Origin: Okamejei kenojei
Taxonomy: Eukaryota
Direction: 5' to 3'
Assembly: GCA_035221665.1 (NCBI GenBank)
Contig: CM069161.1
Location: forward strand, 2,666,001 to 2,730,000
Length of the DNA stretch: 64,000 nt
Below, one piece after another: positions 24,208 to 36,744 of the stretch; within the stretch, counting starts at the first letter, position 1; every line of letters begins with the position of its first letter. The notes beneath the pieces are model-generated. The model searched no databases. It saw only the letters and a list, made by a program, of their open reading frames with translations, and was not told the origin of the DNA. A program made the position numbers and the translations under genes.

Positions 24208-24552
24208 AACATAGAAACATAGAAAATAGTTGCAGGAGTAGGCCATTCGACCCTTTGAGCTAGCACCACCATTAAATATGATCATGGCTGATCATCCAAA
24301 ATCAGTACCCCGTTCCTGCTTTCTCCCCATATCCCTTGATTCTGTTAGCCCTAAGAGCTATATCTAACTCTCTCTTGAATACATCCAGTGAATTGGCCTC
24401 CACTGCATTCTGTGGCAGAGAATTCTACAGATTCACAACTCTCTTGGTGAAGATCTTTTTCCTCCTCTCAGTCCTAAATGGCGTACCCCTTATTCTCAAA
24501 CTGTGACCCCAGGTTCTGGACTCCCCCAACATCGGGGACGTTTTTCCTGCAA
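24208..24552 (-). mobile_element. CR1 LINE 3' end
   Basis: (CATAGAAA)n tail. ORF fragment PMLGESRTWGHSLRIRGTPFRTERRKKIFTKRVVNL. Confidence 0.9.
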
Positions 24553-24724
24553 GCGACACTGTAACAAGCACGGCCTTCATTCCCATCTCCTGATCCTTTC
24601 TCACCTTGCTGTACTGCCTAACATAACAGCAGTAAAAATAACCTTGCATCTTGTTAGTGTTTCCTGCAAGGCCTGCCTCATGATCTTAATGTTAGCAGCT
24701 TCCTGAATAAACACTTACTCTTCC

Positions 24725-25390
24725 CCTTCTGAGGCAGTCCCTCAGAATGGAGAACTTGCGTCCACACAGACCTTGTGTGGCTGATGAAGTGGGAACAACA
24801 GGCTCATGCGCAGATGGGGTAGGCAATAACTAATAGAGTGGGATGGATGGGTGGGCTGTAAGTGGAAGTACTTCTCCTGCCACTGACATGCTCTTTATGC
24901 ATGGCCTCAAGGCTCTCCACGCCATCCCAAATGCTCCTTCTCCATGGTGATGGACATGGACCAGAAATTCCCAGGATCCGGTGGGAATGCATCTCCTCAA
25001 GGAGGTTTCTTTTCCCTCTGTCCATCTGCATATATTTCTCTACAGCAGAGCTTGGCATGAGTGTCTGTTTCGTGAGTCGGGTGTCAGCATCTGACTGAGT
25101 GTGTTTAAACCCTCAATATGTGGGATGATTTCCTGGGGCCGGGTGAGAGGTTGGGTTTTTTTTATCCTTCCAGTGAATTTGGAGATTTTTCCAGAGTCAT
25201 TGTTGGTGGCATTTTTCTGGTGTCTTGAAATACCTGTTGAAGTTACTCCTGGTGTCAAATCTATTGGAGACTAGAGACCAGGGACTGCTGCCCAGTGGAC
25301 TGTGAGTTCTATGCCAGATGTGCAGTGACGCCCGGGAACACATGGGCTTGATGACGATCTTCCAATACCTTTGTCCTCAGTCATCTCAAG
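24725..25390 (-). mobile_element. Decayed RTE/BovB-like LINE 3' fragment
   Basis: Reverse complement of an RTE-type 3' end (GGCAGTCCCTC...) and a WRRSIWDGVESLEA-like peptide in ORF 24804-25058. Confidence 0.6.
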
Positions 25391-25849
25391 TCAATACGGG
25401 TTTGTCAAACGCACAAGCGCAGGTGCAATGATAATCTTGCTTGCAGCAGCATTGCAGGCACATAGACTCAGCCAACGCACAAAACATCACTTATACTTAA
25501 ATTATGCAGGAGAGGAACAAGAAAAACAAGCGTAAAACTTAATGAGAAAACAAGCCGGGTGACCTTTGTTCAGGAGTGCAGTCGCAGTAGATTAAATCGC
25601 TCTGAAGTTGGAATGGGGACAACCTCGGCTGAGGTGAATTACTGCTGTCAGCAAATTTGAGGAGGGTGTTCTATTGTTCTCCCCAATTGTAAAGGATTTA
25701 AATGAAGTTGAAAATGAATGATGTTGTGATGCTGGTGCGACTTCCTGCATTGTTGTCGGAGCTGCACAACAAAGGTCATGTCCGTTGGTGTTTTCACCTG
25801 CGACAGTAGGAGGTGCAACACTGGCTCCGACACCTCCTCTCTCATTTTC

Positions 25850-26680
25850 AACTAGGGTGTGTCTCTCTGGGTCTTTCACATGCGTCTTCTCCAATCTCGT
25901 CTCGTGTTCCTGACACGGCCTCCTCTGCATCAGCGTCACCAAGCGCAGACTAGGTGGCCATGTTGTGGAACACCCACACTGTATCCACAGTGACCGTCCT
26001 GACCTCCTGGGTGCATGGCATTGCCACTCTCCTTCCCATTCCTACATCAGCTTTGTCCATTTCCAGGGTGAGGCCAAATGCAAAATAGAACAGCATCTCA
26101 CATTCTGCATGGGTAACTAACAACTCAATGGCATTAACATTGAATGTTCCAGATTCAAGTAAGCCACATTCCTTGTGTGTCTTTCTCTCATCATCTGGTT
26201 TGTTACCCCACACATTGTTACCCCTCACCCCCCCATCTAATATGGGAGTTTAGTTTCCCTCCCATATTAGATTCTATCTGCTCACACACCACACTTTCTG
26301 TTGGTCCTGACCCTTCCCCCAACTTATTCCATTTATTCATCATCCCTCCCTTATCTGGTTCCATTAATCGCCTTCCTTATTTCTCAGATTCCGCCATTTG
26401 CAGCCTCTTGTCTCCACTTACCATCTTCCAGCCTCTGTCTTTATCTCCACTTTCCCCTCCCTCCACTCGGCACCATCTGTCCATCATCTCTTTCCTCACC
26501 TGGTTCTACCTGGTGCCTGCCTGCTCCTACCTCTCCCCACCCTCTCGTCTCTCTTTACTGGACATTTGCCCTCTCAGTTCTGATGCAGGGTCTCGACCGG
26601 AAATGTTGACTATCACTTTGCCTCTACAGATGCTGCTTGACCTGCTGAGTTCCTCCAGCACTTTGCTTTATGTTTTTGTC
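25850..26680 (+). mobile_element. Old Penelope-like 3' fragment with hammerhead-derived pLTR
   Basis: GIY-YIG-like block (CTCCTCTGCATCAGCGTCACCAAGCGCAGACTAGG), C/T-rich spacer, then CAGTTCTGATGCAGGGTCTCGACCGGAAATGTTGACT. Confidence 0.7.
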
Positions 26681-26796
26681 CACTCTGTTCATGCCTCCAG
26701 ATGAATGGTATCCAAAATGATGCAGTCTGGCTGAAGCACATCCAATTTAATTCACACACACTCCAGCTCACCGAACACAACAACTTTATGGAGGAT

Positions 26797-27195
26797 GTTT
26801 AAGAAGGAACTGCAGATGCTGGAAAATCAAAGGTGGACAAAAATGCTGGAGAAGCTCAGCGGGTGAGGCAGCATCTATGGAGCGAAGGAAATAGGCAACC
26901 TTTCGGGTTGAAACCCTTCTTCAGACTCACGCTTTATGGAGGAGGTATCTCACTTCTGGGGGCTCCTTGGTCATCGTTACTTTTTTGCATATTTCATTTA
27001 TTTGTTCAATATCTCTCTATACCACCATCTATATTTCTTGTTTCCCTTTTCCCTGACTCTCAGTCTGAAGAAGGGTCTCCACCCGAAACGTCACCTATTC
27101 CTTTTCTCCAGAGATGCTGCCTGACCCGCTGAGTTACTCCAGCTTTTTGTGTCTATCTTCATTTCAAACCAGCAAACTGCAGTTCTTTCCTGCAC
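26797..27195. mobile_element. Inverted pair of Penelope pLTR-derived units
   Basis: Minus unit 26797-26928 and plus unit to ~27195 with CTGAAGAAGGGTCTCCACCCGAAACGTC. Confidence 0.8.
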
Positions 27196-29229
27196 TCTAT
27201 TCTGTGCCTGTTGTTTCAGATGTAACAATACCGATGACTGCATAAGCTTTAGCTTCTTCCTTTATCTCCGTGAAAAGCTTTACAAATACTGATGTTTCTC
27301 AGGCTGCTTTTTGACAGCCCGTTGTCAATGGTGTGTGGAGGATTGTCTGCTGAGCAGAATACTTCAGTCAGCTTTAAAAACCTTTATCTACCTCTGACTT
27401 TCGCTTCACAATGAAGCATCTAACCCAGTTTCTGCTGTTTTCCTTCTTTTGATTCACAAACCTATGCTCTATGTTTATGGAACAATGCCTCGGAATGATT
27501 TTCACAGTGTGGGGTATAGCCTTTAATACATGGTATTTTGGGATGCTGTACACACACTGTATTCACGCTACTATTTGTCATCTATCTCTTTTTGCCAGTG
27601 TTGGTGTCAAACGCTGCAACAAATTCCCCTTCGTATGTTCAGAATTCATAAACTCTGATGTAAAAATGATTTGTCTTAAAAGTCACAAGAGACCATCAAA
27701 ATGCATTAGCAATAATTTAGGTTTCATGACCCCCACGACTCAATCCTAACTTTACACTTTGGGACTTCATTCCAGTAATCCTTTGAAAAACTCTGGATCA
27801 ATTTTAACTTGCTATTTATAGTAAGCTGTTGGAAGGGATTATATTCTGCTTTCAGCAGGACATTTTAATTGAATATTGTAACTACAACATTTTAACAGGC
27901 AGCATCTCCGGAGAGAAGGAATGGGTGACGTTTCGGGTTGAGACCCTTCTTCAGAGTTTGTTTGATAATGCTCATTTGAAGCAACTAGGAAGATGTTATT
28001 GCGTTAAAGATGCTACATTACTGCAAGTTACAGAAATGTTTTGATGTCGATGATATGGTATCAGGAGATTTATACTGTGCCTCTTAATATGTCTGATAAC
28101 ATATGCAGGGGACTACAGTAACCAAATATTGATTCAGATCTTTCACATTTCTCTTAATTCACAAGCTTTCCTCCTCCTGCTTTTGCAGTGAGGGCGAATC
28201 CTTGTAGTGTGTCTCTATTGTTCTATTAGTGAAACCTGATCTTTTATCTTGGGGCTATTCTGTGAGGAACTGTTAAGAATTGCCATGTCACTAGGTCTTT
28301 GTGTGCGCGTGTGTGTGTTTCTATTTTCGTGCTTGTACCAAATGTTTCATTCTACCACCACTAGAATTCTTTTTGTTCTCTAAGGTAATGCTGCAGGGCC
28401 AAGTGACTAAAGCACTTCTTCATTGCTTTGAATTTATTGCAAGCAGATTAATGTTTTGCATTGTGCCTCTGTTCAGGTTTGTGCTTCAGCTGCTGGCACA
28501 CTTATGTCACTGAGTATTAACGCTTCCCTCAGAACGTAATATTTCCTGTACGGTATTGTTTGCATGTTGCCTTTTCTGCATTGGCTCCAAGTGGAATTGA
28601 CACTAAGTCCCTCAAACGTGGCTTGAAATGGGCGAAGTTAGGTCAAATAATGATGCGGGCCCTAAGGGGTTCTTCATGAGACAGAGCGAGCATTGGTTTT
28701 CTTGTCTGGCCAAAAGCCGAGTGGTGGTTAGATGCACTGTTTTGTATTCTGTTGGACGAGCTGAATCACTCCAACTTCAATGGCAGCATTAAATTTTCAA
28801 TCAGTTCCTCGGGTAGAGCACAACAGCTGCTGGTTCTGTGGCTCCATCTCCTGCGTTTCTTTACTGCTTGCGATCTTGCAACAGTACCACAAAGCAAATG
28901 TTTTAATCCGGGTTCATCTTAGCAGATGCCCGTAGTTTCCCGAGCATGCTGGTGAAGGGAGAAAAAAATAACAGAATGAAATTTGTAGCAATGTATAAGA
29001 CATGTCATCATTGCGTTAAAAGTAGAATGACATCATCATGGTAGCAAGGTGGGATTGCTCCTGCCCTAATTTATTTAATGCAGGATTGCAATCTTTGCAA
29101 TATTTGATTATGTTCATAGAGATGGGTATTACAGAGGTTCAAAATTATTTAAAGAAAAAAAATCATATTTTTGAAGAAGTCACCAAGACACTGGGCGACA
29201 GGAGCGCAGTCGGCACTTTTTTCTTCCCT

Positions 29230-29402
29230 TGTAACTCAGCGGGACAGGCAGCATCTCTGGAGAGAAGGAAATAGTGATGCTTCCCATTCCTTGGGAAACG
29301 TCACCCATTCCTTCTCTACAGAGATACTGCCTGTCCCGCTGAGTTACTCCAGCTTTTTTGTGTCTATCTTCAGTTTGAACCAGCATCTGCAGTTCCTTCC
29401 TA
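29230..29402. mobile_element. Fold-back pLTR-derived element with hammerhead centre deleted
   Basis: GTAACTCAGCGGGACAGGCAGCATCTCTGGAGAGAAGGAA and its reverse complement TTCCTTCTCTACAGAGATACTGCCTGTCCCGCTGAGTTAC. Confidence 0.8.
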
Positions 29403-29507
29403 AACTTTTTTCTTCTTTTTTTTACATGCAGTCAGATGGCAGCTAGGGCCCTGTTGAGCTCCTCATTGTAGGATGTATGATGTCAGGGGAAGCTCCCATG
29501 TCCCTAA

Positions 29508-29894
29508 AGCCCCTGTCCCACTTAGGAGACCTAAACAGCAACCTCTGGTGACCTTGCCCGCCACCCAAGGTTTCCATGAGGTTACCGGAGGTTTTGGTCA
29601 CTCTCCCTAATAAAAGTGGTTTCTGCGTGGTCGAGGCTTCATCTAGGTTGCTGGTATTTTTTCATCATGATTAAAACCGGCCTCGACTAAAAATAGGTTG
29701 CCGTTTTAAAAATGGATAATTTTTTAGTCGCAGGTCTAGTCGAAGCCTGTTTTCTTCATAGTCGACGGAGGTTTTCAACACATGCGTGGGAGGTGGTAGG
29801 GGGTTGCAGGTCACCTCCACCTTGAATTTGTTTTTGGGTGACGGGCAAGGTCACCAGTGGTTGCTGTTTAGGTCTCCTAAGTGGGACAGGGGCT
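29508..29894. mobile_element. PIF/Harbinger-like MITE
   Basis: ~58-bp near-perfect TIRs beginning AGCCCCTGTCCCACTTAGGAGACCTAAACAGCAACC. TAA TSD at 29505-29507 and 29895-29897. Confidence 0.92.
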
Positions 29895-31224
29895 TAAGGA
29901 CTTACACTGTGGGAAGCTCATCCAGCTGCAGCTCCCGAATGACCGCGTGACAGAACTGGAGCTGCAACTGGCCGACCTCAGGATCATCCGGGAAGCAGAG
30001 TGAAAGGTGCATGCGGTGGATGAGGGGGGAGCCGAGTAGATGAGAAGGGCGTGGGGGGTCGGGGGTGAATAATTATCTGCAATTGGAGAATTTAACGTTC
30101 ATGTCGTTGGGTAGATGAACAAAATATTGAATGGCAAAATACAGTGCCAGAGGAATTCAGCCAGTCAGAGCAGCATCTGAGGAGGATATAGACAGGTGAT
30201 GTTTTGGGTTGGGGCCCTTCTTCTGACTCACGCCTTCAGAACCTTATATGGAACAAACAATTTCCTCTTTAAATAAAAATGCTCCATCCATTTCCAGTTG
30301 CCAACCCAACAGCAAACTGAACAGAGGTGCTCATCACAGGAATCATTCAATCTCTGTTTAAAAGGGACCATACAGTAAGCTGTAAGTCCAATTAAAAGAA
30401 ATACAGATGAATCATTATTTTGTCATCAGCAAATTTCAGGGCAGGAGCAGAGAGTTGGACTGATACACTTGTCAATGTACCAGAGTAAGAGGTGAGGCCA
30501 GAATCAAAATAAAGAATATTCCGCATTTTTAGTAGAAATGGAAGAATAGTCAGGACCACAGAGATCCCCATAGCAACGTCTTTCTTTGACAGGAAGTGAA
30601 AGAAGTCAAGGGAGAAGTTATTGAAAGTGAGAACAATTGCAGCCAAGCAGAAAAGGGGAATTGTTGGAACATAGAAATGTAGAAACATGGAACTGCGGAT
30701 ACTGATTTGCAAAAGAAGAGATGGAGTCAGTGCTAAAGTAGCTCAGTGGATCAAGCAACACCTGACTGGAGTCTGAAGAAGGATCCCGACCCGAAACGTC
30801 AGCTGTCCATGTCTTCCTGAGATGCTGCTTGACCAGGGGAATTGTTGCACCTTCATTCAAGCAAGAAGCAGACCTTCATGCCAACTCTATGGGGGATGGA
30901 GATGTGAAGGAATTGTGTAATAGTAAATATGTTTTGGTCTGTAAACTTTTGGAAGCTTTGTGGATATAGCATTAGTATGGGTTTATTATTGCTGTTTACT
31001 GAAATACAGTGAAAAACTTGGGTTTGCATGCAATCAGGTAAATCATACCATGCATGACTATAGACAAACCATACTCAAGTACAACAGGTAATGCAAAGAA
31101 AAAAACATAGTGTAGAATCTAATGTGACAGTTAGAGAGAAAGTACGTACAGAAAAAGCACAAGGGGATCAACGAGGTAGGTTGGAAGATTGAGACTACAC
31201 CCATAGACTACACCCACTGTATTC

Positions 31225-31610
31225 CTTGCAGCATAGGAAGATGAGAGGTGATCGTATTGAGGTGTATAAGATCATGAGGGGAATAGACAGGGAAGATGCA
31301 CCATGTATTTTACCCAGAATAGGTGAATCAAGACCCAAGGACATAAGTGAGGGGGGATAGATTTAATAGGCATCTGAAGGGCAACATTTTTACATAGGTA
31401 GGTATATGGAATGAGCTGCCAAAGGAGGTAGTTGATGCAGAAACTATAACATTAAAAATACATTTGGGCAGGCACATCAATAGGAAAGGTTTAGAGGGAT
31501 AGAGGTCAAACACTGGCAGGTGGGACACGTGTAAATGGGGTATCTTGGTCGCAGGCAGAGCCGTAGGGCCTTTTTCCATGCTGTATGACTCTGTGACTAT
31601 CACTATGACT
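31225..31610 (+). mobile_element. CR1 LINE 3' fragment
   Basis: AGGAAGATGAGAGGTGATCGTATTGAGGTGTATAAGATCATGAGGGG and 3' end GGGCCTTTTTCCATGCTGTATGACTCT. Confidence 0.8.
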
Positions 31611-32694
31611 CTATGAGACAAGGGCAGGCAGAAATGATGTGTCTTTCCCAGTTGTAGATCTTGGGAAGGCAGTGGAAGAGACAGGGAACCACGAAGGGTC
31701 ACGTTTATGAGGGGTGGTTGGGGTGAGTGGAATTTCTAGTCATGATGAGATCAGTGACAAATTCAGGAAGTGATGGCTTGATGTTTGTTGATGAGGTTAC
31801 GTTGGGACCTCAGAGAAATTGTAAACATAGTGTAGAATCTAATGTGCCAGCTGGAGAGAAAGTGCGTACAAAAAAGTGTGAGGAGATCAATGAGGTAGGT
31901 TGGGAGATTGAGACTATGCCCATAGTTTATGAGTTCCACTAGAAATGTTCCAATGGTTATCGCAGGTCACAGCAGGATCTTGATCAGAGGGACGTGGGCG
32001 GAGGATTGGTTGATGCCGTTTAATGCTGGCTGATTGTAAGACAGACTGGAAGAGGCTTTGAAGCCAGGAGGTGTGTTGGAGGAGGGATCGAACAAGATGA
32101 TTGATAGAAAACATTTCAAAAAGAGAGGTGGGAAATAGGCAATAAGTAGGCAGCCACCCCACGAGCTCTGTCCTTTCTTTTGGAGCCGGGATGCAGTAAA
32201 ACAAACAACCTCCCCCATATTCTGCATGTGAGTGAGTGGGTGGCAGCGGGCGTAGCTGCAGGTTCCCAGCTGATACATTGCTGCTCCCACTACCTTCCTC
32301 TGTTTCCAGAGACCACTGCTAGGAAATTGACTCAAGGCAGAGGTTTGCAGAAGAAAATGCAATTGCCTATAACCGTTAGCTTTAGATGTAAGTGAAAATG
32401 AAAAATTACAGTTATGGTTATTGTTGCAATTGAAAATTGATCTTTTTCCCACAGTGAGCGCAATTACCAGCTTTTGTGGGTGATTTTCCATTACAACTAT
32501 GAGGATGAGTCTTCATTACATCTGGACTGAATCACTGTCTCAGGCACATGTGGGGTGACGTCATTCCATGTGCAATGGAAAATTGTGGGGCAACTTACAG
32601 GACATCACAGCGCTCCGAGAGTGGCCATCCGTGTTCAACCCGTGGGTCATCTCAGTGCACGACATCCGTCAGGTAAGCAAATTACTTCCCAACC

Positions 32695-32983
32695 TTTAGT
32701 TTTTAGAGATAAAGCGCGGAAACAGGCCCTTCGGCCCACCGAGTCCTGGTCGACCAGTGATCCCCGTACACTTACACTATCTTACACACACTAGGGACAA
32801 TTTACAATTATACCACGCCAATTAACATACAAACTTGTACGCCTTTGGAGTGTGGGTGGAAACCGGAACAACCGGGGCAAACCCTCATGGGGAGACTGTA
32901 CAAACTCCAAACAGACATCACCCATAGTCAGGATCAAACCCGGGTCTCTGGCGCTGTAAGGCAGTGTGTGCCACCGTGCTGCC
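32695..32983 (-). mobile_element. tRNA SINE (HE1/V-SINE-like)
   Basis: Full reverse-complement copy of the 4164 family. Confidence 0.85.
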
Positions 32984-33596
32984 TATCCCTTGATTTACGC
33001 ACACCTCTGGTTGCACTGTTCCATCCACCTCCTTGATCCCAACCTCCTGATGTTCCAGTTATCCTGAAAGTCTAGCACTGCCTCGCTGATCTGTTGCTCC
33101 TAACCCAGTGACAACCAGAGGCTGAGATGCCCAACCATCCACCACTGTCGGTCCTGGTTTGCCCATCCCCCCCCCACACTGCCAACATGAGCACAGTGCA
33201 CAACATCTCATCTAACCACTTCTCCAAAACGTTCATCAGTGCCAGGACCCAACATCCATCAGTGTCAGGCTCTAACGCCAGTTCGCAGGGCCTCAAGCTT
33301 ACGTAGACAGCTGAGAAACCAATGACCAAAACTCTTGAGTCACAACAAATATGGTCACCCATAGATAGAAGCCCATCTCCTTCACTCCATAGATGCTGCT
33401 GCACCCGCTGAGTTTCTCCAGTATCTTGTGTACCCTCAATTTTCCAGCATCTGCAGTTCCTTCTTTAACACGACATATCTGGTCACCCATTTTGGGAATG
33501 ATGGACATCTGGAATTATGTTCATTGAATTAGCTGGGGTAGGAAGCCGCTTCCTCTGCGTTACCTGGCAGGTCTACGTTGCAAGCATAATATCAGT

Positions 33597-33900
33597 GGGC
33601 AGCACAGTGGTGTATCTGGCAGAACTGCTGCCTCACAGCACCAGAGACCAGGGTTCAATCCTGACCTCGGCCATTGTCGGTGTGAAGTTTGCACGTTCTC
33701 TGGGTTTCCGCCGTGTGCTCCGGTTTCCTCCCACATCTTGAATGGTTTGCAGGTTTGTAGGTTAATTGGCCTCTGTAATTTGCCCCTAATTCGTAGACAG
33801 TTGGTGCGAGAGTGGAATAATGTAGGACAAGAGTGAACAGCTGATTGATGGTCGGTGAGGACCCGGTGGGCAAAACGGCCTGTTTCCGTGCTATATCTTT
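33597..33900 (+). mobile_element. tRNA SINE (HE1/V-SINE-like)
   Basis: GGGCAGCACAGTGGTGTATCTGG...GGTTCAATCCTGACC...GGCCTGTTTCCGTGCTATATCT. Confidence 0.85.
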
Positions 33901-34968
33901 CAGCCAATCATTCAGCACCTTCGGCAGCGGAGCAGATGTTATGAATAGAGTGTGGGCAGATGGCTAAGAAAGCATTATTGAATTGTGACATCGGGACATA
34001 GGTGCGCAAAGAAAACAAAGGAAGGAATATTTGCATCCATTGGCTTCATCATACTGCCAGGACATTGACAACCAAAGAAGTATGACTGAAGGGTTGTGAT
34101 AAACAGGAATATTTAAAAGAAAATGTAAAAAGCTGCAGGTGCTGGGAAAATTTAAAGAGGAACAGAAAATGATGGAAACACCCAGGACAGGAAGCATCAG
34201 GAGAAAGGGAACAAAGTCTGGGATCCTTCCTCAGAACTGGGAAAGAGTGTAAAACATTTTATTTTTCAGTAGAAGAGAATGTAGGGTTGGTATTGATTCG
34301 TAGTATTCAAGAATGTTAATACATTAAAGGTACACAATGGCAAATCTCTCTGATTGCAATGGCTGTCGTTGTGAGATAGTCCAGCTAATCTCAGAGATGT
34401 TCATAAAAAAACATGCTGGAAACACTCAGCAGGTCAGGCAGCATCTATGAAAAGAGAAAGCGAATTAATAATTCAGGTCAATGACTCCTTACATTTCAAC
34501 AGATGCTGCCTGACCTGCAGACTTTTTCCATCATTTTCTGTTTTTATTTCAGATTTAATTAACTGCAGTTTTTTTGCAATTCAACCTTTGCCATGTTTGT
34601 GCTGATATTTGCTTTGATGTAGCAAGATCCTGCAAAGTGGATCAGCATTGAATCTGTGAGCAGCAGGCTTACTGCGAAACAAGTTTTACTCGATGTGAGG
34701 AATCTGCCCACAATGCTCCGAGTGACTAATTAAAAATGTAATTAAGATGGAAATAGGGACTGCAAAGGTGCACACATAACATGACTTTGAAATTTGATGC
34801 CAGTGTACTTTTAAATAACTAATCTTCTTAGGTTGTCCTTGTGATTGAGGCTGACTGGCTTCCACTCCAGTTCTATAAGTTCTTGGATGGTTGATGTTGA
34901 GCCAACAGGTTCTGTCACAGGTGAAGTAGCAGTAATCAATCTGGAAATTAAAATATGAAAAAATAAAT

Positions 34969-35252
34969 AGTGGCGCAGCAGTGGAGCTTCTGCTGCACGG
35001 CACCAGAGAGCCGGGTTCGATCCTGACAGTATAGTTTGTATGTTCTCCCTGTGACCGCTTGGGTTTTTTCCTGGGTGCTCCGGTTTCCTCCCACACTCCA
35101 AAGATGTACAGGTTTGTAGGTTAATTGGCTTTGGTAATAATTGTAAGTTGTCCCTGGGGTGTAGGTTAGTGCTCGGGGTGATCACTGGTCGGTGCAGGCT
35201 CGGTGGGCTGCAGGGCCCGTTTCCATGCTGTATTCCTAAAGTTCAAAGTGTA
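34969..35252 (+). mobile_element. tRNA SINE (HE1/V-SINE-like)
   Basis: A-box TGGCGCAGCAGTGG, B-box GGTTCGATCC and the family body. Confidence 0.85.
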
Positions 35253-35402
35253 AAGGTGTCTGACACTGTCTGGGTGATTAGTTTAGGAGGTGCTGTCATC
35301 TTTTGGACTCAAGGTTCTCAATGTCAACGGGAATGCTACTTCTTAATTTTGAGAAGTGGATTAATTTATTGTTCTGGCCGAGCCCCGAGTGGAGTTTCTA
35401 TT

Positions 35403-36090
35403 GAAGTCAAATCGAGTTTAATGTCATCTGCACGTATGCTGGTGTACAGGTCCAATGACAATCTTGTTTGCAGGCACATAGACTCACGCAAACTCACAAA
35501 AACATTAATCATATGTACATTTCACGTAAAATTCTGCGAGACAGTAAAAAGAGAAATGATTGTAAATAACAAGATGCTAAGTACGAAACACAAATATAAA
35601 ACAAGTCCGTGGCAGTCAAAGAGGTGGTCCTCAGTGTTGTGTTGTCAAGGTAGGATTAAGTTTTGTAGTATCTTTAAGAACCTGATAACTTCAGGCCTTT
35701 TCCCTCCTGCCTGATGGTAGCAATGAGAAGAGGGCATGACTCAGATGGTGGGGACCTTTGACGATAGGTGCTGCCCTCTAGAGGCAACACCTCCTGTAGA
35801 TACTTTTGATGGAGGGCGGGCTTGCGTCTGTTAAGAACTGGGCTGAGTCCACAACTCTTAGCAGCCTCTTGCATTCATGTGTTGGAATTGCCTTACCAGG
35901 CAAGGATAGCTTCTACAGAGCATCTGTAGAAGTTGTCAATGTATTTGGTGACATGTCTTTGAACCTCTAAGTCGAGGTGAGGGCCAGCCTTCTTTGTTCT
36001 TTGCTACCCCATGTGCTGGGCTCAGGGTAGGTCGTCTGCGATGTTAACACGCTAGAATTTGAAGATGTCAATTCCCTCCATCACCAAACC
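35403..36090 (-). mobile_element. Rex1/Babar 3' fragment (decayed)
   Basis: Reverse complement of the Rex1 C-terminal block (…GCATCCATCAAAAGTATCTACAGGAGGTGTTGCCTC…-like) and tail. Confidence 0.7.
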
Positions 36091-36228
36091 ACCGTTGGAA
36101 ACTCTCCGGACTTCTGCTTTTTTGGAGTCAACGATCGTTTGGAGGATGGAGTCATGCCACTGATTAGATGGATGATTTTGCAGAGACAGTTTCAATTGTA
36201 TCTCAAAAACAAATCAAGGTAATATCAT

Positions 36229-36334
36229 AGGTAGACACAAAATGCTGGAGTAACTCAGTGGGACAGGCAGCATCCATGGAGAGAAGGAATGGGTGACGTT
36301 TCAGGTCGAGACCCTTCTTCAGACTGATGGCAAT
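36229..36334 (-). mobile_element. Solo pLTR/hammerhead unit
   Basis: Minus strand CAGTCTGAAGAAGGGTCTCGACCTGAAACGTC. 16-bp TSD ATCAAGGTAATATCAT at 36213-36228 and 36335-36350. Confidence 0.85.
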
Positions 36335-36744
36335 ATCAAGGTAATATCATGCTGTATTTCAGATGAGATGATAAATTAGTGTCTTCATTGTCTGCTCTGG
36401 TGGATGTAATTGAGTTAATGGCAAACAAGAGATGGCATTTTATCTTTAAGCTAATATCACGGAAAACTGATTATCTGGTCATCATCACATTTTTGTTCAT
36501 GGAATCTAGCTGCTCTGAAACTGCCTGCAGCATATCCTACATCATAACTGTGGTCGCATTTCAATAAAGTTTTGGACTCATTATACCAGGCACTCATGCC
36601 ACTCATGTGACCCCCCAGGGTGATATTGCTTCATAGACAGTATGTTGAGGTGTGAGAAGCACCATAAAAATGAAGAGATGTTTTTTTCTTTTGTATATGT
36701 TTAGCTGTTGTTGTTCTAATTACACAAAACTCCACCCTTCTTTG

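Noticed and set aside
26144-26704. 186-aa ORF
   Set aside because: It is the C/T-rich low-complexity spacer of a Penelope 3' region, which is naturally poor in stop codons.
31967-32491. 174-aa minus-strand ORF
   Set aside because: No recognisable domain, coding bias or splice structure.
35148-35714. 188-aa ORF
   Set aside because: It runs through a SINE tail, unique DNA and an antisense Rex1 tail, so it is a chance ORF.
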